Shown in pieces: positions 17,387-25,730 of a stretch of 64,000 nt of DNA. The position numbers and the translations under genes are program-made. Origin of the DNA: Acidobacteriota bacterium (GTDB taxonomy: Bacteria > Acidobacteriota > Vicinamibacteria > Vicinamibacterales > CAVVIG01); assembly GCA_046728115.1 (NCBI GenBank), contig JBKPDW010000072.1:1166-65165 (forward strand), read 5' to 3'. The first letter of the stretch is position 1; each line of letters opens with the position of its first letter. The notes below the pieces were generated by a model. It was given only the letters and a program-made list of their open reading frames with translations. It did no database searches and was not told the origin of the DNA.

Positions 17387-17881
17387 CTACTTCGGAAACT
17401 CGCGGCAGGCGTCGACGTCCGAGCCCCAGTACTCGATGCACTTGGCGCGATCCATCGGTCCTTTGCCGACGACTTTTTGTAAGAGGAAGTCGGCGACCAG
17501 ATCGATTTCCCGCTGCTGGAACGTCGCGGGCGGATCGGGCATCGGCGATTTCAGATCGGCCTGCTTCATGCCATAGCAGCGGCCGTCGCTGTAGGCGAAC
17601 TTGTCGAAGGCCGGCATGCCGGTTCCCGGCCGTCCACATTTGATCGTCTGAATCAACCTGGCGCGATCGAGCCTCGTTTCACGCAGGTTCGAGCCGTCCG
17701 GCATCTGGCTGTCCATCTTGCGGCCGTCAGCCGCCCACCCGTGACAGGCCTGGCAGTCGCCCTTCTGCAGGTACAGCCGCATCCCCTCGGCGACATCGGC
17801 CGCGTCAGGCGCCTGGGCGTGGCTGGCCGCGACCACGCACGCCGCCAGCATCAGCACCGCTGCGCCAAGCGTCCTCTTCAT
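17387..17881 (-). CDS. Secreted mono-haem c-type cytochrome (CQACH)
   Basis: ATG at 17881 (MKRTLGAAVLMLAACVVAASHAQA), with a GAGGAG Shine-Dalgarno 6 nt upstream on the coding strand. The stop lies 4 nt from the convergent PQQ dehydrogenase-2 stop. Confidence 0.8.
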   Translation of the reverse strand: MKRTLGAAVLMLAACVVAASHAQAPDAADVAEGMRLYLQKGDCQACHGWAADGRKMDSQMPDGSNLRETRLDRARLIQTIKCGRPGTGMPAFDKFAYSDGRCYGMKQADLKSPMPDPPATFQQREIDLVADFLLQKVVGKGPMDRAKCIEYWGSDVDACREFPK

Positions 17882-17899
17882 GTCCACTCCTCGTTGACC

Positions 17900-17922
17900 T
17901 CTGAAATCTGAACTCTGAAATG
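17900..17922. repeat. Heptamer tandem repeat TCTGAAA-TCTGAAC-TCTGAAA-TG
   Basis: Read directly in the 41-nt spacer between two minus-strand genes. Differs at 1 of 23 positions from 63937-63959. Confidence 0.7.
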
Positions 17923-18789
17923 TCAGCGCGGCACGCCGAGCAGTCCTTCGGCTTTCAGGATCAGATTCATCTGCGCGACCGCCTGCTGGAGGCTCTCATC
18001 GCTGATGCGCCTGGTCAAGCCCTCGAGGTCGACCGCAAGCCTCGTGCCCGCTGAAGGGTCTGTCGACGAGCGTGTTTGCCGCGCGGCCGCGATGGCCTGA
18101 TCGATCAATTCCAGAACGGTCGAAAGCGACGACAAGACCTGAGCGGCCTTCAAGGCCATGTCACCCGTCGCGCCGTCGGCGGTCATCGCCAGACCGAGAT
18201 GCTGCACGGCGCCCGCTGTCGCCTTCTTGACCCCGTAGCCGGCGCCCGGCCCTTTCGGTTCGACGCCGGGATCGAGCGCGTGCAGGACGTGTCCCGCATG
18301 AAGGTGGACGTCATCCAGCCTCGAGGCCTTGGCCGCGAGCCTGGCGTGCTCGAGGGCCACTCGCGCTTCGTCGATGGCGACCGGGAGGAATCCGCGTGAG
18401 CCAGGCGTATCGCGCCAGGTCGTCATCACATGGAGGATGTGAAGATGCGCAGGAATCGCCTCGATTCGCGCGACGAGAATGGCGTCCCCGCTCAGTTCGC
18501 CGGTGATTCGTACGGGCCGCCCCGCGTACAACGGCAGACCCATCGCGTCTTGATTCGCGATCGGCACCACACGGCCGTCACGATCGACGAGCACGTACTT
18601 CTCGAGCGCCTTGATGCAGGCGAGCAGACATTGCCGGTCGGTGTCGCCGGCGGCTCTCGATTGATGCGAGGCGCCGCACAGGTTGTCAGAGAGTCTGCCG
18701 GTGAAGGATTGCTGCGCCTCGAGATGCGACCGCGCGCCGCCGCCGAGGAACGCCAGGACCGCAAAGAGCGCAAAGACGTGCTTGAACAC
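17923..18789 (-). CDS. Secreted hypothetical protein with an N-terminal Cys cluster and two His clusters (HLHILH, HLHAGHVLH)
   Basis: Signal-like MFKHVFALFAVLAFLGGGA. CGASH...CLLAC near the N-terminus. No family recognised. Confidence 0.6.
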   Translation of the reverse strand: MFKHVFALFAVLAFLGGGARSHLEAQQSFTGRLSDNLCGASHQSRAAGDTDRQCLLACIKALEKYVLVDRDGRVVPIANQDAMGLPLYAGRPVRITGELSGDAILVARIEAIPAHLHILHVMTTWRDTPGSRGFLPVAIDEARVALEHARLAAKASRLDDVHLHAGHVLHALDPGVEPKGPGAGYGVKKATAGAVQHLGLAMTADGATGDMALKAAQVLSSLSTVLELIDQAIAAARQTRSSTDPSAGTRLAVDLEGLTRRISDESLQQAVAQMNLILKAEGLLGVPR

Positions 18790-18791
18790 CG

Positions 18792-20312
18792 TTACTCGGA
18801 GGCACCCAGCCGCTTGAGCAGCGCCACGGTGCCTGGGTGCGCGATTTGGACAGGAGGCTCGAATCCCAGCAAGTCAGCGCCGACAGGTGTCGCCGTCCGC
18901 CCCCGTCCGACCGTCGACCCGAACATGGCGGCTGCCAGCGGCGTAATCCCTCGCCGGTTTCTGACGTTGACGTCGGCGCCGCGCTCGACGAGGAATTGCA
19001 CGACGGTGTCGTACCCCAGCGAGGCGGCGACGTGCAGCGCGGTGTCGCCGGCCGGGTTCGCGGCCTTCACGTCGCCACCCAGTCGCATGGCCGCTGCGAC
19101 GCCCTCGCCCACGCGGATTTCCGGCTCGACCTTGCCGAAGTCAATCGTTTCGATGCCGCGCCGGCTCGCCGTGCGGCTCGATCCCATGCCTGCCGCGAGC
19201 ATGAGCGCATCTGCGCCGTTCGGCATCGTGAGGCTTCCATCGGCGCCCCCGGCCACGAGCGCGGTCATGATCTCGGGCTCGAGAAACCGGGCGGCCAGCA
19301 GGTACGGCGTCGAGCCGACGAGCGTCGCCGGCAGATTCCAATCCGTGGTGTCGCGCCGCATCGGCGTGCCCTTCGTCGTCCGCAGATTCGGATTCGCGCC
19401 GCGAGCGAGGAGCGTCTTCACCAGCGTCGCATCGCTCCTCAGGACCGCGGCGTGGAGCGCCGCGTAGCCGCCGCCGGACGCATTCGGATCCGCCCCGTGC
19501 TCGAGGAGCAGCGCCGCGACTGCTCCATTGCCGCTATGAGCGGCGAGTACGAGCGCGCTCACGCCATCCGGCTGCACGTCGTTCGGATCGGCACCGGCTT
19601 TCAACAGAAGCTTCGCGGAGTCGATGTCGCCCACACGCGCCGTGAACAGCAGCGGCGTGGTACCGCCGCGAAGCACCGTATAGTTCAGCTCCTCGCGTCC
19701 GGCACGCTGCGTCTGCTCGCCGACGACGGTCTGGGCGTAGATCCGGGAGCGGGCGCGAATATTGGCGTGAGCGTCGATGAGCGCCTGGACGACATCGGCG
19801 TGCCGCTCGGAGGCAGCCCACATGAGCGCGGTCTGATCGTGCTCATGCTCCTTTGCGTTCACGTCGGCGCCGTGCGCGATCAGCGCCTGGACGGCCTTCG
19901 CGCCGCCGGCGCGGGCGCACGTCATGAGCACCGTTTCACCGTTCAACAGCGCCGCCCTGGCGTTGGCGCCTCCCGCCAGCAGGCGCTCCACCATAGGCGC
20001 GCTGCGGTTGGTACACGCCAAATGGAGCGGCGTCGCGCCCAGATCGTTGGCGGCGTTCGCGCGCGCCCCGGCGCGAATGAGGAGATCGGCCATGGCGAGG
20101 TCGTCGCGGTGCACGGCCCAGTGCAGCGCCGTTGCGCCGTCGCCTTGCGTCGCGTTGACGTCGAGTCCTGCGGGGCGCTCTTTCAGCAGCGCGTTCACGG
20201 ATTCGAGATCCCGATTCTTGACCGCCTGAATGAGGCGCAGATCGGCTGCCGCTCCGGCGCCGCCCAGCGCCAGAAGTACACCCGCGACGCTACAGAGAAA
20301 GGATCCGCGCAT
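18792..20312 (-). CDS. Secreted ankyrin-repeat protein (copy 1)
   Basis: ATG at 20312 (MRGSFLCSVAGVLLALGGAGAAA) is preferred over the TTG at 20336. Many G-(A/T)-T(A/P)LHxA...GADxN ankyrin units. Paralogue of 26571..27929. Confidence 0.85.
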   Translation of the reverse strand: MRGSFLCSVAGVLLALGGAGAAADLRLIQAVKNRDLESVNALLKERPAGLDVNATQGDGATALHWAVHRDDLAMADLLIRAGARANAANDLGATPLHLACTNRSAPMVERLLAGGANARAALLNGETVLMTCARAGGAKAVQALIAHGADVNAKEHEHDQTALMWAASERHADVVQALIDAHANIRARSRIYAQTVVGEQTQRAGREELNYTVLRGGTTPLLFTARVGDIDSAKLLLKAGADPNDVQPDGVSALVLAAHSGNGAVAALLLEHGADPNASGGGYAALHAAVLRSDATLVKTLLARGANPNLRTTKGTPMRRDTTDWNLPATLVGSTPYLLAARFLEPEIMTALVAGGADGSLTMPNGADALMLAAGMGSSRTASRRGIETIDFGKVEPEIRVGEGVAAAMRLGGDVKAANPAGDTALHVAASLGYDTVVQFLVERGADVNVRNRRGITPLAAAMFGSTVGRGRTATPVGADLLGFEPPVQIAHPGTVALLKRLGASE

Positions 20313-21633
20313 CGATGCGTCCAGTGCTGTCCCCAATCGAATCGCGGTGGATGCCGAACTGTTCCAGCAGCGTGAGGTGCAGATTCGCCAGCGGCATGTT
20401 CGTCAAGCGGACATGCCGTCCCCCCTTCAGCGTGCCGGCGCCTCCGCCCGCAAGGATCATCGGGATGTCGATCGGCGCATGGCTGTTGCTGTCGGCGATC
20501 CCCGCGCCGTACATCATCGTCACATGGTCGAGCAGCGTGCCGTCGCCGTCGGGCGTCGCCTGCAGCTTGCCGAGCAGCTTCGCGAACATCCGCATGTGAT
20601 AGGCGTTGATCTTGGCGACCTTCGCCACCTTCTCAGGCTCCTGCTGATGGTGCGAGATGGGATGGTGCGCATCGGGCACGCCAATCTGCGGATACGTCAT
20701 GCCGCTGTGCTCGTGCCCCAGCATCAGCGTGATGACGCGCGTGAGATCGCATTGAAACGCGAGCACCTCCAGGTCGAGCATCAGGTTCACATGATCTTCC
20801 CAGGTCGGCGGGATGCCCGGCGGGTGATCGACGAGCGGTAGCTCGCGATCGCTCTGCGCTTCGGCGATCTGGATGCGCTGCTCCACGTCGCGGACCGCGT
20901 CGAGATATTCGGTGAGCTTCGTCCGATCGTCTGGCGGGAGCGCGCCCTGCAGGTGCGCGACCTCGTCGCGCACCGAATCGAGCACGCTCCGCTGCCGGCG
21001 CAGCCGCGCGAGCCGCGCCATCGGATCGGTGCTCGTCGTGTCGCCGAACAGGCGCTCGAAAATCGCGCGCGGGTTGTTCTGCGTCGGCAGCGGCGTGTTC
21101 GGGCTCTTCCAGCTGATCGTGTTGGTGTAGGGACACGCGAAACCGGTGTCGCAGGCGCCGGAGGTTTCGCCCGACTCTATCGCCAGCTCGAGCGACGGGA
21201 CCTGCGTGACCTTGCCGGTTTCCTGCGCGAGGATCTGATCCATCGAGATGCCGGCGTCGAGCCACGTCTCGCTCGTGGGCGGCGAGACGTCGGTGAGAAA
21301 CCGCGTGCTTGCCTTGGCGTGCGCGCCGCCGGGCCGTCCCGCCGTCGGAATGCACTCCAGTCCGCTCAATACGAGCACGTGCTCGCGAAACGGCGCCAGC
21401 GCGCGCAGCGTCGGCGTCAGCTCGTAGCCCGTACCCTCGGTCAACGGCAGGTAGTCCTTCATGATCATGCCGTTGGGCACATACATGACGCCAAACCGGT
21501 TGATCGGTCTGGCAGCTGTCTTCTGAAATGCCGAGAGCGCTGGCACCATGCTGTCGAGCAGCGGCAGCGCCACCATCGACCCCAGGCCGCGCAACACGGT
21601 CCGCCGCGGTATCGCACGTTTCGAAATGATCAT
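20290..21633 (-). CDS. DUF1552 (HxxSHH) family protein with Tat-type leader (copy 1)
   Basis: Trimmed to Met326 of track ORF 20290..22608 (MIISKRAIPRRTVLRGLGSMVALPLL). HHPISHH motif present. ATGA overlap with the upstream stop at 21630-21633. Confidence 0.85.
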   Translation of the reverse strand: MIISKRAIPRRTVLRGLGSMVALPLLDSMVPALSAFQKTAARPINRFGVMYVPNGMIMKDYLPLTEGTGYELTPTLRALAPFREHVLVLSGLECIPTAGRPGGAHAKASTRFLTDVSPPTSETWLDAGISMDQILAQETGKVTQVPSLELAIESGETSGACDTGFACPYTNTISWKSPNTPLPTQNNPRAIFERLFGDTTSTDPMARLARLRRQRSVLDSVRDEVAHLQGALPPDDRTKLTEYLDAVRDVEQRIQIAEAQSDRELPLVDHPPGIPPTWEDHVNLMLDLEVLAFQCDLTRVITLMLGHEHSGMTYPQIGVPDAHHPISHHQQEPEKVAKVAKINAYHMRMFAKLLGKLQATPDGDGTLLDHVTMMYGAGIADSNSHAPIDIPMILAGGGAGTLKGGRHVRLTNMPLANLHLTLLEQFGIHRDSIGDSTGRIDARILSL

Positions 21634-24071
21634 GGGTCCCCCGACATCGCCATGCTGAACGGCGTGCTCTTCGCGATGCCTGTGATGATCGACGACCACG
21701 TGTAGTCGGCGGCCGCCGCGTCGCCCGCGATCCGACGGACGGCCGGCATGTCGCGATAGTCGAGACCTCGCCCCAGTGCGTACGCCAGAAGCTTTCCTGT
21801 GAGCGTCCGGGCGAAGTCCTCTTTGTGGCCGGCGACGAAAGCGCGCAGACCGGCGATGCCCTCGAACCTGGTGCCGTCCGGAAACGACGCCGACGGATCG
21901 ATCGAAACGCCGTCGCTCACCGTGCGCCACTTTCCCAACGCGTCGAAGTTCTCGAGCGAGAAACCCAGCGGATCCATACGCTGGTGACACGACGCGCACG
22001 CGGGATTTTTCCGATGCATCTCCATGCGGTCGCGCAGGGATTGCGGCTGACCGTCGGCGCCCGCCTCTTTGAGCGCAGGGATGTCGGCCGGCGGCGGCGG
22101 TGGAGGCGCGCCCAGCACGTTCGCCAGCAGCCATCGGCCGCGCATCGTCACCGACGTGCGATTCGGGTACGACGTGACCGTCAAGATGCTCGCCTGGCCG
22201 AGCAGTCCTCCGCGCGTCGCGTCGGGAAACGTCACGCGCCGGAAATGGCTGCCGTACACGTTGCCGATTCCGTAGTGAGCGGCGAGCCGTTCGTTGAGGA
22301 ACGAATAGTCGGCCGTCAACAGCTCCACGACGCCGCGGTTGTCGCGAAGCTGGCTGCTGATGAACATCTTCGTCTCCTGCGCCATCGCGTCGCGCAGGTT
22401 TTCGTCGAACTCGGGATACAGCTCGGTGTCGGGGACGATGCCCGGAAGTCTGTTCAGCTCGAGCCATCGGCTCGCGAAGTTGTCGACGAGCGCGTTCGCG
22501 CGCGGATCGCGAAGCATGCGGCGCACCTGCTGCTCGAGCGCCGCCGGATCGGTCAGCTTTCCGCGAATCGCCGCCTCTCGCAGCTCGTCGTCCGGGACGC
22601 TGCTCCATAAGAAGAACGACAAACGCGAGGCGATGTCCAGATCGCTGAGGCGATACGTGGATCCTGGCGCCACCCCCGCGGGTTCGCGTTCGATGCGGAA
22701 GAGAAAGCTCGGCGCCGCGAGGATGCGTTCGAGGCCGCGTTGAATGCCAGCGTCGAAGCTGCCTTCCGATCGGCCCGACTTGTAGAAATCCAGCAGAGGC
22801 TGCAGATCACGATCGGTGACAGGACGCCGATAGGCACGTGCCGCCAGCGTCGACAGAATCTTCGTCGCGCACGGCAGCTCCGATGCGGCGTCCCGTGGAC
22901 GGCAGAGAAACACGTGGCGCCGGCTCGCTGAGTCGCCGGCCGCCGGCGCGCCGTACGGACCACCGATCATCACGATCTCGACGGCGGGATTGCCATGGTA
23001 GTACTCGTTGGTCGTCCGTCCGAAGCCTGTCTGGGGCGGCTGCCGGATGCCTTCAGGCTCCCAGAAGCGCCTGACGAACGACACGCCCACTTCGTGCAGC
23101 CCGGCCTTCACGGGGACGCGCACTTCAAGATGCGCGTCGGCCGTGTGCATGTACTCTTCGAACTCGGGATCGCCCTGCGTATTTCCGGCGAAATTCTCGG
23201 GAGCCGTCATCCCCTTCGCTTCGCCGCCGACGGTGAACCGCTGCAACCGCACGCCGTCGAGACGGATGTCGATCTGGTGCGGCTCGCCCACGCCGATGAT
23301 GTAGTCGTACTCCTGTCGCCGCAGCAGGACCTTGATCGTGTACTCGCCATCGAGCGGAAAAGAATGACGAATCAGCGCGCCGCCCTGCGATCCGAACGGC
23401 AGGTCGTCGCCGAGCCGATCGTCCTGCACCAGCGCCTTCGAGATTTTGAACGCCTCGATCACGGGTTGGAGCGCGGGATCGCCGACAGCGAGGCGGCTCA
23501 CCGTGCGCGCGGCGGCCAGATAGTTCTCGAGCAGCCCCGGCGACACCGAGAGGACAGTCGCCACGTTATCGAAGCCTTCCTGATCGGCTTCGTCCGACGG
23601 CAGCAGCGCACGTCCATCGATCTCGAGTCCCAGCAGATCCCGAATCGCGTGGGCGTACTCGCTGCGGTTCAGGCGGTGAACGGGCACGCGGCCGGGATGG
23701 GGCTTCGCCGCAGCCGCTGCGTCGAGCTCGCTTTCCAAGGCCGCGATGGCCGCCTTGTAGGAGGCGGCATCGGGACGCGGTCGGCCCGTAGGCGGCATCT
23801 CGCCCGTGCGCAGCCTGGTCACAACTTTTTCCCACAGCTGCGCGTTGTCGCCGACGTGGGTCGCATCCAGCGTGTCCAGTTGCAGCCCAGCCGTCTTGAG
23901 TCGGCTGTTATGGCAACCGACACAGTACTGATCCAGGATCTCGCGCGTCGTGGGCGCAGGAGCCGCAGGACTTCCTGTCAGGACGCTAGTCCACGCTGGT
24001 GCCAGCGCGATCAGCGCCAGAAGACCGCGCGAACGGGCCGGTCGGTGTGGCATGTCGAGTTGCTCCGGCAA
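21630..24071 (-). CDS. DUF1592/DUF1588-type multidomain protein with two CxxCH motifs (CVGCH near the N-terminus, CASCH near the C-terminus) (copy 1)
   Basis: YCVGCHNSRLKTAGLQLD..., ...KNPACASCHQRMDPLGFSLENFD..., the architecture usually paired with DUF1552. Start could instead be Met7 (24053). Confidence 0.85.
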   Translation of the reverse strand: MPEQLDMPHRPARSRGLLALIALAPAWTSVLTGSPAAPAPTTREILDQYCVGCHNSRLKTAGLQLDTLDATHVGDNAQLWEKVVTRLRTGEMPPTGRPRPDAASYKAAIAALESELDAAAAAKPHPGRVPVHRLNRSEYAHAIRDLLGLEIDGRALLPSDEADQEGFDNVATVLSVSPGLLENYLAAARTVSRLAVGDPALQPVIEAFKISKALVQDDRLGDDLPFGSQGGALIRHSFPLDGEYTIKVLLRRQEYDYIIGVGEPHQIDIRLDGVRLQRFTVGGEAKGMTAPENFAGNTQGDPEFEEYMHTADAHLEVRVPVKAGLHEVGVSFVRRFWEPEGIRQPPQTGFGRTTNEYYHGNPAVEIVMIGGPYGAPAAGDSASRRHVFLCRPRDAASELPCATKILSTLAARAYRRPVTDRDLQPLLDFYKSGRSEGSFDAGIQRGLERILAAPSFLFRIEREPAGVAPGSTYRLSDLDIASRLSFFLWSSVPDDELREAAIRGKLTDPAALEQQVRRMLRDPRANALVDNFASRWLELNRLPGIVPDTELYPEFDENLRDAMAQETKMFISSQLRDNRGVVELLTADYSFLNERLAAHYGIGNVYGSHFRRVTFPDATRGGLLGQASILTVTSYPNRTSVTMRGRWLLANVLGAPPPPPPADIPALKEAGADGQPQSLRDRMEMHRKNPACASCHQRMDPLGFSLENFDALGKWRTVSDGVSIDPSASFPDGTRFEGIAGLRAFVAGHKEDFARTLTGKLLAYALGRGLDYRDMPAVRRIAGDAAAADYTWSSIITGIAKSTPFSMAMSGDP

Positions 24072-24086
24072 GTATGCGCCCGAGTC

Positions 24087-25730
24087 TCAGAACTCCGCGA
24101 GCGCAAATGCGGTCAGCGTGGTCCCCACTGGCATGAGCACGTATTGGCGGCCGTCGACCATATACGTGATCGCACCTGCGTACAGCGACGAACCCGTCTG
24201 GAAGTGCCAGAGGTTTTTGCCGGTCTTCGCATCGAACGCCATCAGATTGCCCGACCCGCCCGCGAACACGAGCCCCGACGCGGTCGACAGCACGCCAGCC
24301 CACGACTGCGTCGTGTAGGGAAACTCCCAGCGGCGATCGCCGGTCGCGACGTCGATCGCGCGCAGGGCACTGTAATTGGTTTCGATCAGCCGCTGCACCG
24401 CGCCGCCCCGATACGCGTCGCCGGCGTTGTAGTCGTCCTTCCAGGAAAAGAAGACGCCGCACGACTCGCGCGCCGTGACGAAAAACAGACCCAGCGACGG
24501 ATCGAACGACGGTGGCATCCAGTTCGTGCCGCCGGACTGATCCGGACAGACTTTCGTCCCTTCCTCACTCGGGACGCTGTTCGGCAGCAGCATCGGCCGG
24601 CCGTCGGGTCGAATCTCCTTGGCCCACGTCGTTTCGATGAAGGGCCTGGCTTTGATCAGTTTCCCGGTCGCGCGATCGAGCACGTAGAAAAAGCCGTTGC
24701 GGTTCGCGAACAGCACCACTTTTCGGAGTTGGCCGTCGAGCGTCAGATCGGCCAGGACCGGCATCTGCGTCGAGTCGTAGTCCCAGATGTCGTGCGGCGT
24801 GAACTGGTAGTGCCAGCGTATCTTGCCGGTGTCGGCCTCGAGCGCCACGACCGACGCGGTGTACAAGTTGTCGCCTTCGCGCTCCGCGCCGTTGTAATCG
24901 GGTCCCGCGTTCCCGGTGCCCCAGTACACGAGATCGAGTTCCGGATCGTACGCGCCAGGCACCCAGATCGATCCGCCGCCGTGCTCCCAGGCCTTTGCGT
25001 CGGTCCCACGCCAGGTGCCGTGGCCGGGATCGCCCGGGCCGGCCGTCGTGTAGAACCGCCAGACCTGCTTGCCGGTCTGCGCGTCGTACGCGTCGATGAA
25101 GCCGCGCACACCGTACTCGGCACCGGCCACGCCGACCAGCACTTTGTCTTTCACGACGAGCGGGGCGGTCGTGCCGCTGTACCCGTGCCGGTAGTTCTCC
25201 ATCGCCGTGTCCCACTCGAGCGCACCCGTCTTCCGACTGATTGCCACGACGTGGGCGTCGAGCGTCGTCTTGAAGAGCCGATCGCCAAGCACGCCGAAGC
25301 CACGGTTGACGAGTCCGCAGCAGGCAATGAGTCCACTCGGAAGATCGCGTCTATACCGCCAGATCTGCCGGCCGGTGCGGGCATCGATCGCCCAGCCGGT
25401 GTCGAGCGGCCCGGTCACATAGATCACGCCGTCGAGCACGAGCGGAGCCGCCTCGAACTTGCCGAGCGTGTCGGTCTGAAACTGCCATTGCGCGACAAGG
25501 CGATTCACGTTCGCAGGCGTGATCTGCGTCAACGGACTATGTCGATGGTTGGCGTAGTCGCCTGCGTATGTGAGCCAACGCGCCGGATTCTTCAGGCCCT
25601 CGCGCAGGTCCTGCGCCGTGACTTGAGAAACAGGCGGCTGCTGCGCCGCGGCCGGCCACGAGACCGCCGCGGCCAGAAGTGTCACTCGAATCGTGCGAAC
25701 CATCACGGCGCGCATGCTCGCCTCCGTCAT
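24087..25730 (-). CDS. PQQ-dependent dehydrogenase, methanol/ethanol family (paralogue 3), D-Y-D motif
   Basis: Trimmed to Met218 of track ORF 24087..26381 (MTEASMRAVMVRTIRVTLLAAAVSWPAAA), giving an ATGA overlap with the cytochrome stop at 25727-25730. Blocks: RWLTYAGDYANHRHS, IACCGLVNRG, GGSIWVPGAYDPELDLVYWGTGNAGP, HDIWDYDST. Confidence 0.9.
   Translation of the reverse strand: MTEASMRAVMVRTIRVTLLAAAVSWPAAAQQPPVSQVTAQDLREGLKNPARWLTYAGDYANHRHSPLTQITPANVNRLVAQWQFQTDTLGKFEAAPLVLDGVIYVTGPLDTGWAIDARTGRQIWRYRRDLPSGLIACCGLVNRGFGVLGDRLFKTTLDAHVVAISRKTGALEWDTAMENYRHGYSGTTAPLVVKDKVLVGVAGAEYGVRGFIDAYDAQTGKQVWRFYTTAGPGDPGHGTWRGTDAKAWEHGGGSIWVPGAYDPELDLVYWGTGNAGPDYNGAEREGDNLYTASVVALEADTGKIRWHYQFTPHDIWDYDSTQMPVLADLTLDGQLRKVVLFANRNGFFYVLDRATGKLIKARPFIETTWAKEIRPDGRPMLLPNSVPSEEGTKVCPDQSGGTNWMPPSFDPSLGLFFVTARESCGVFFSWKDDYNAGDAYRGGAVQRLIETNYSALRAIDVATGDRRWEFPYTTQSWAGVLSTASGLVFAGGSGNLMAFDAKTGKNLWHFQTGSSLYAGAITYMVDGRQYVLMPVGTTLTAFALAEF

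Noticed and set aside
17920-18075. Plus-strand ATG at the end of the heptamer array (17920) opening a ~50-codon ORF
   Set aside because: It is entirely antisense to the well-formed minus-strand gene 17923..18789 and has no supporting features.
20290-22608. Long N-terminal extensions of track ORFs (this one, plus 1258..3309, 24087..26381, 32048..33403, 46482..47657, 47423..48670, 49329..50783, 50393..51838, 52454..53422, 35596..36459, 14028..14960)
   Set aside because: The extensions are Arg-rich read-through into the upstream gene. In each case an internal Met gives a family-typical N-terminus or signal peptide. It usually also gives a 4-nt ATGA overlap with the upstream stop.
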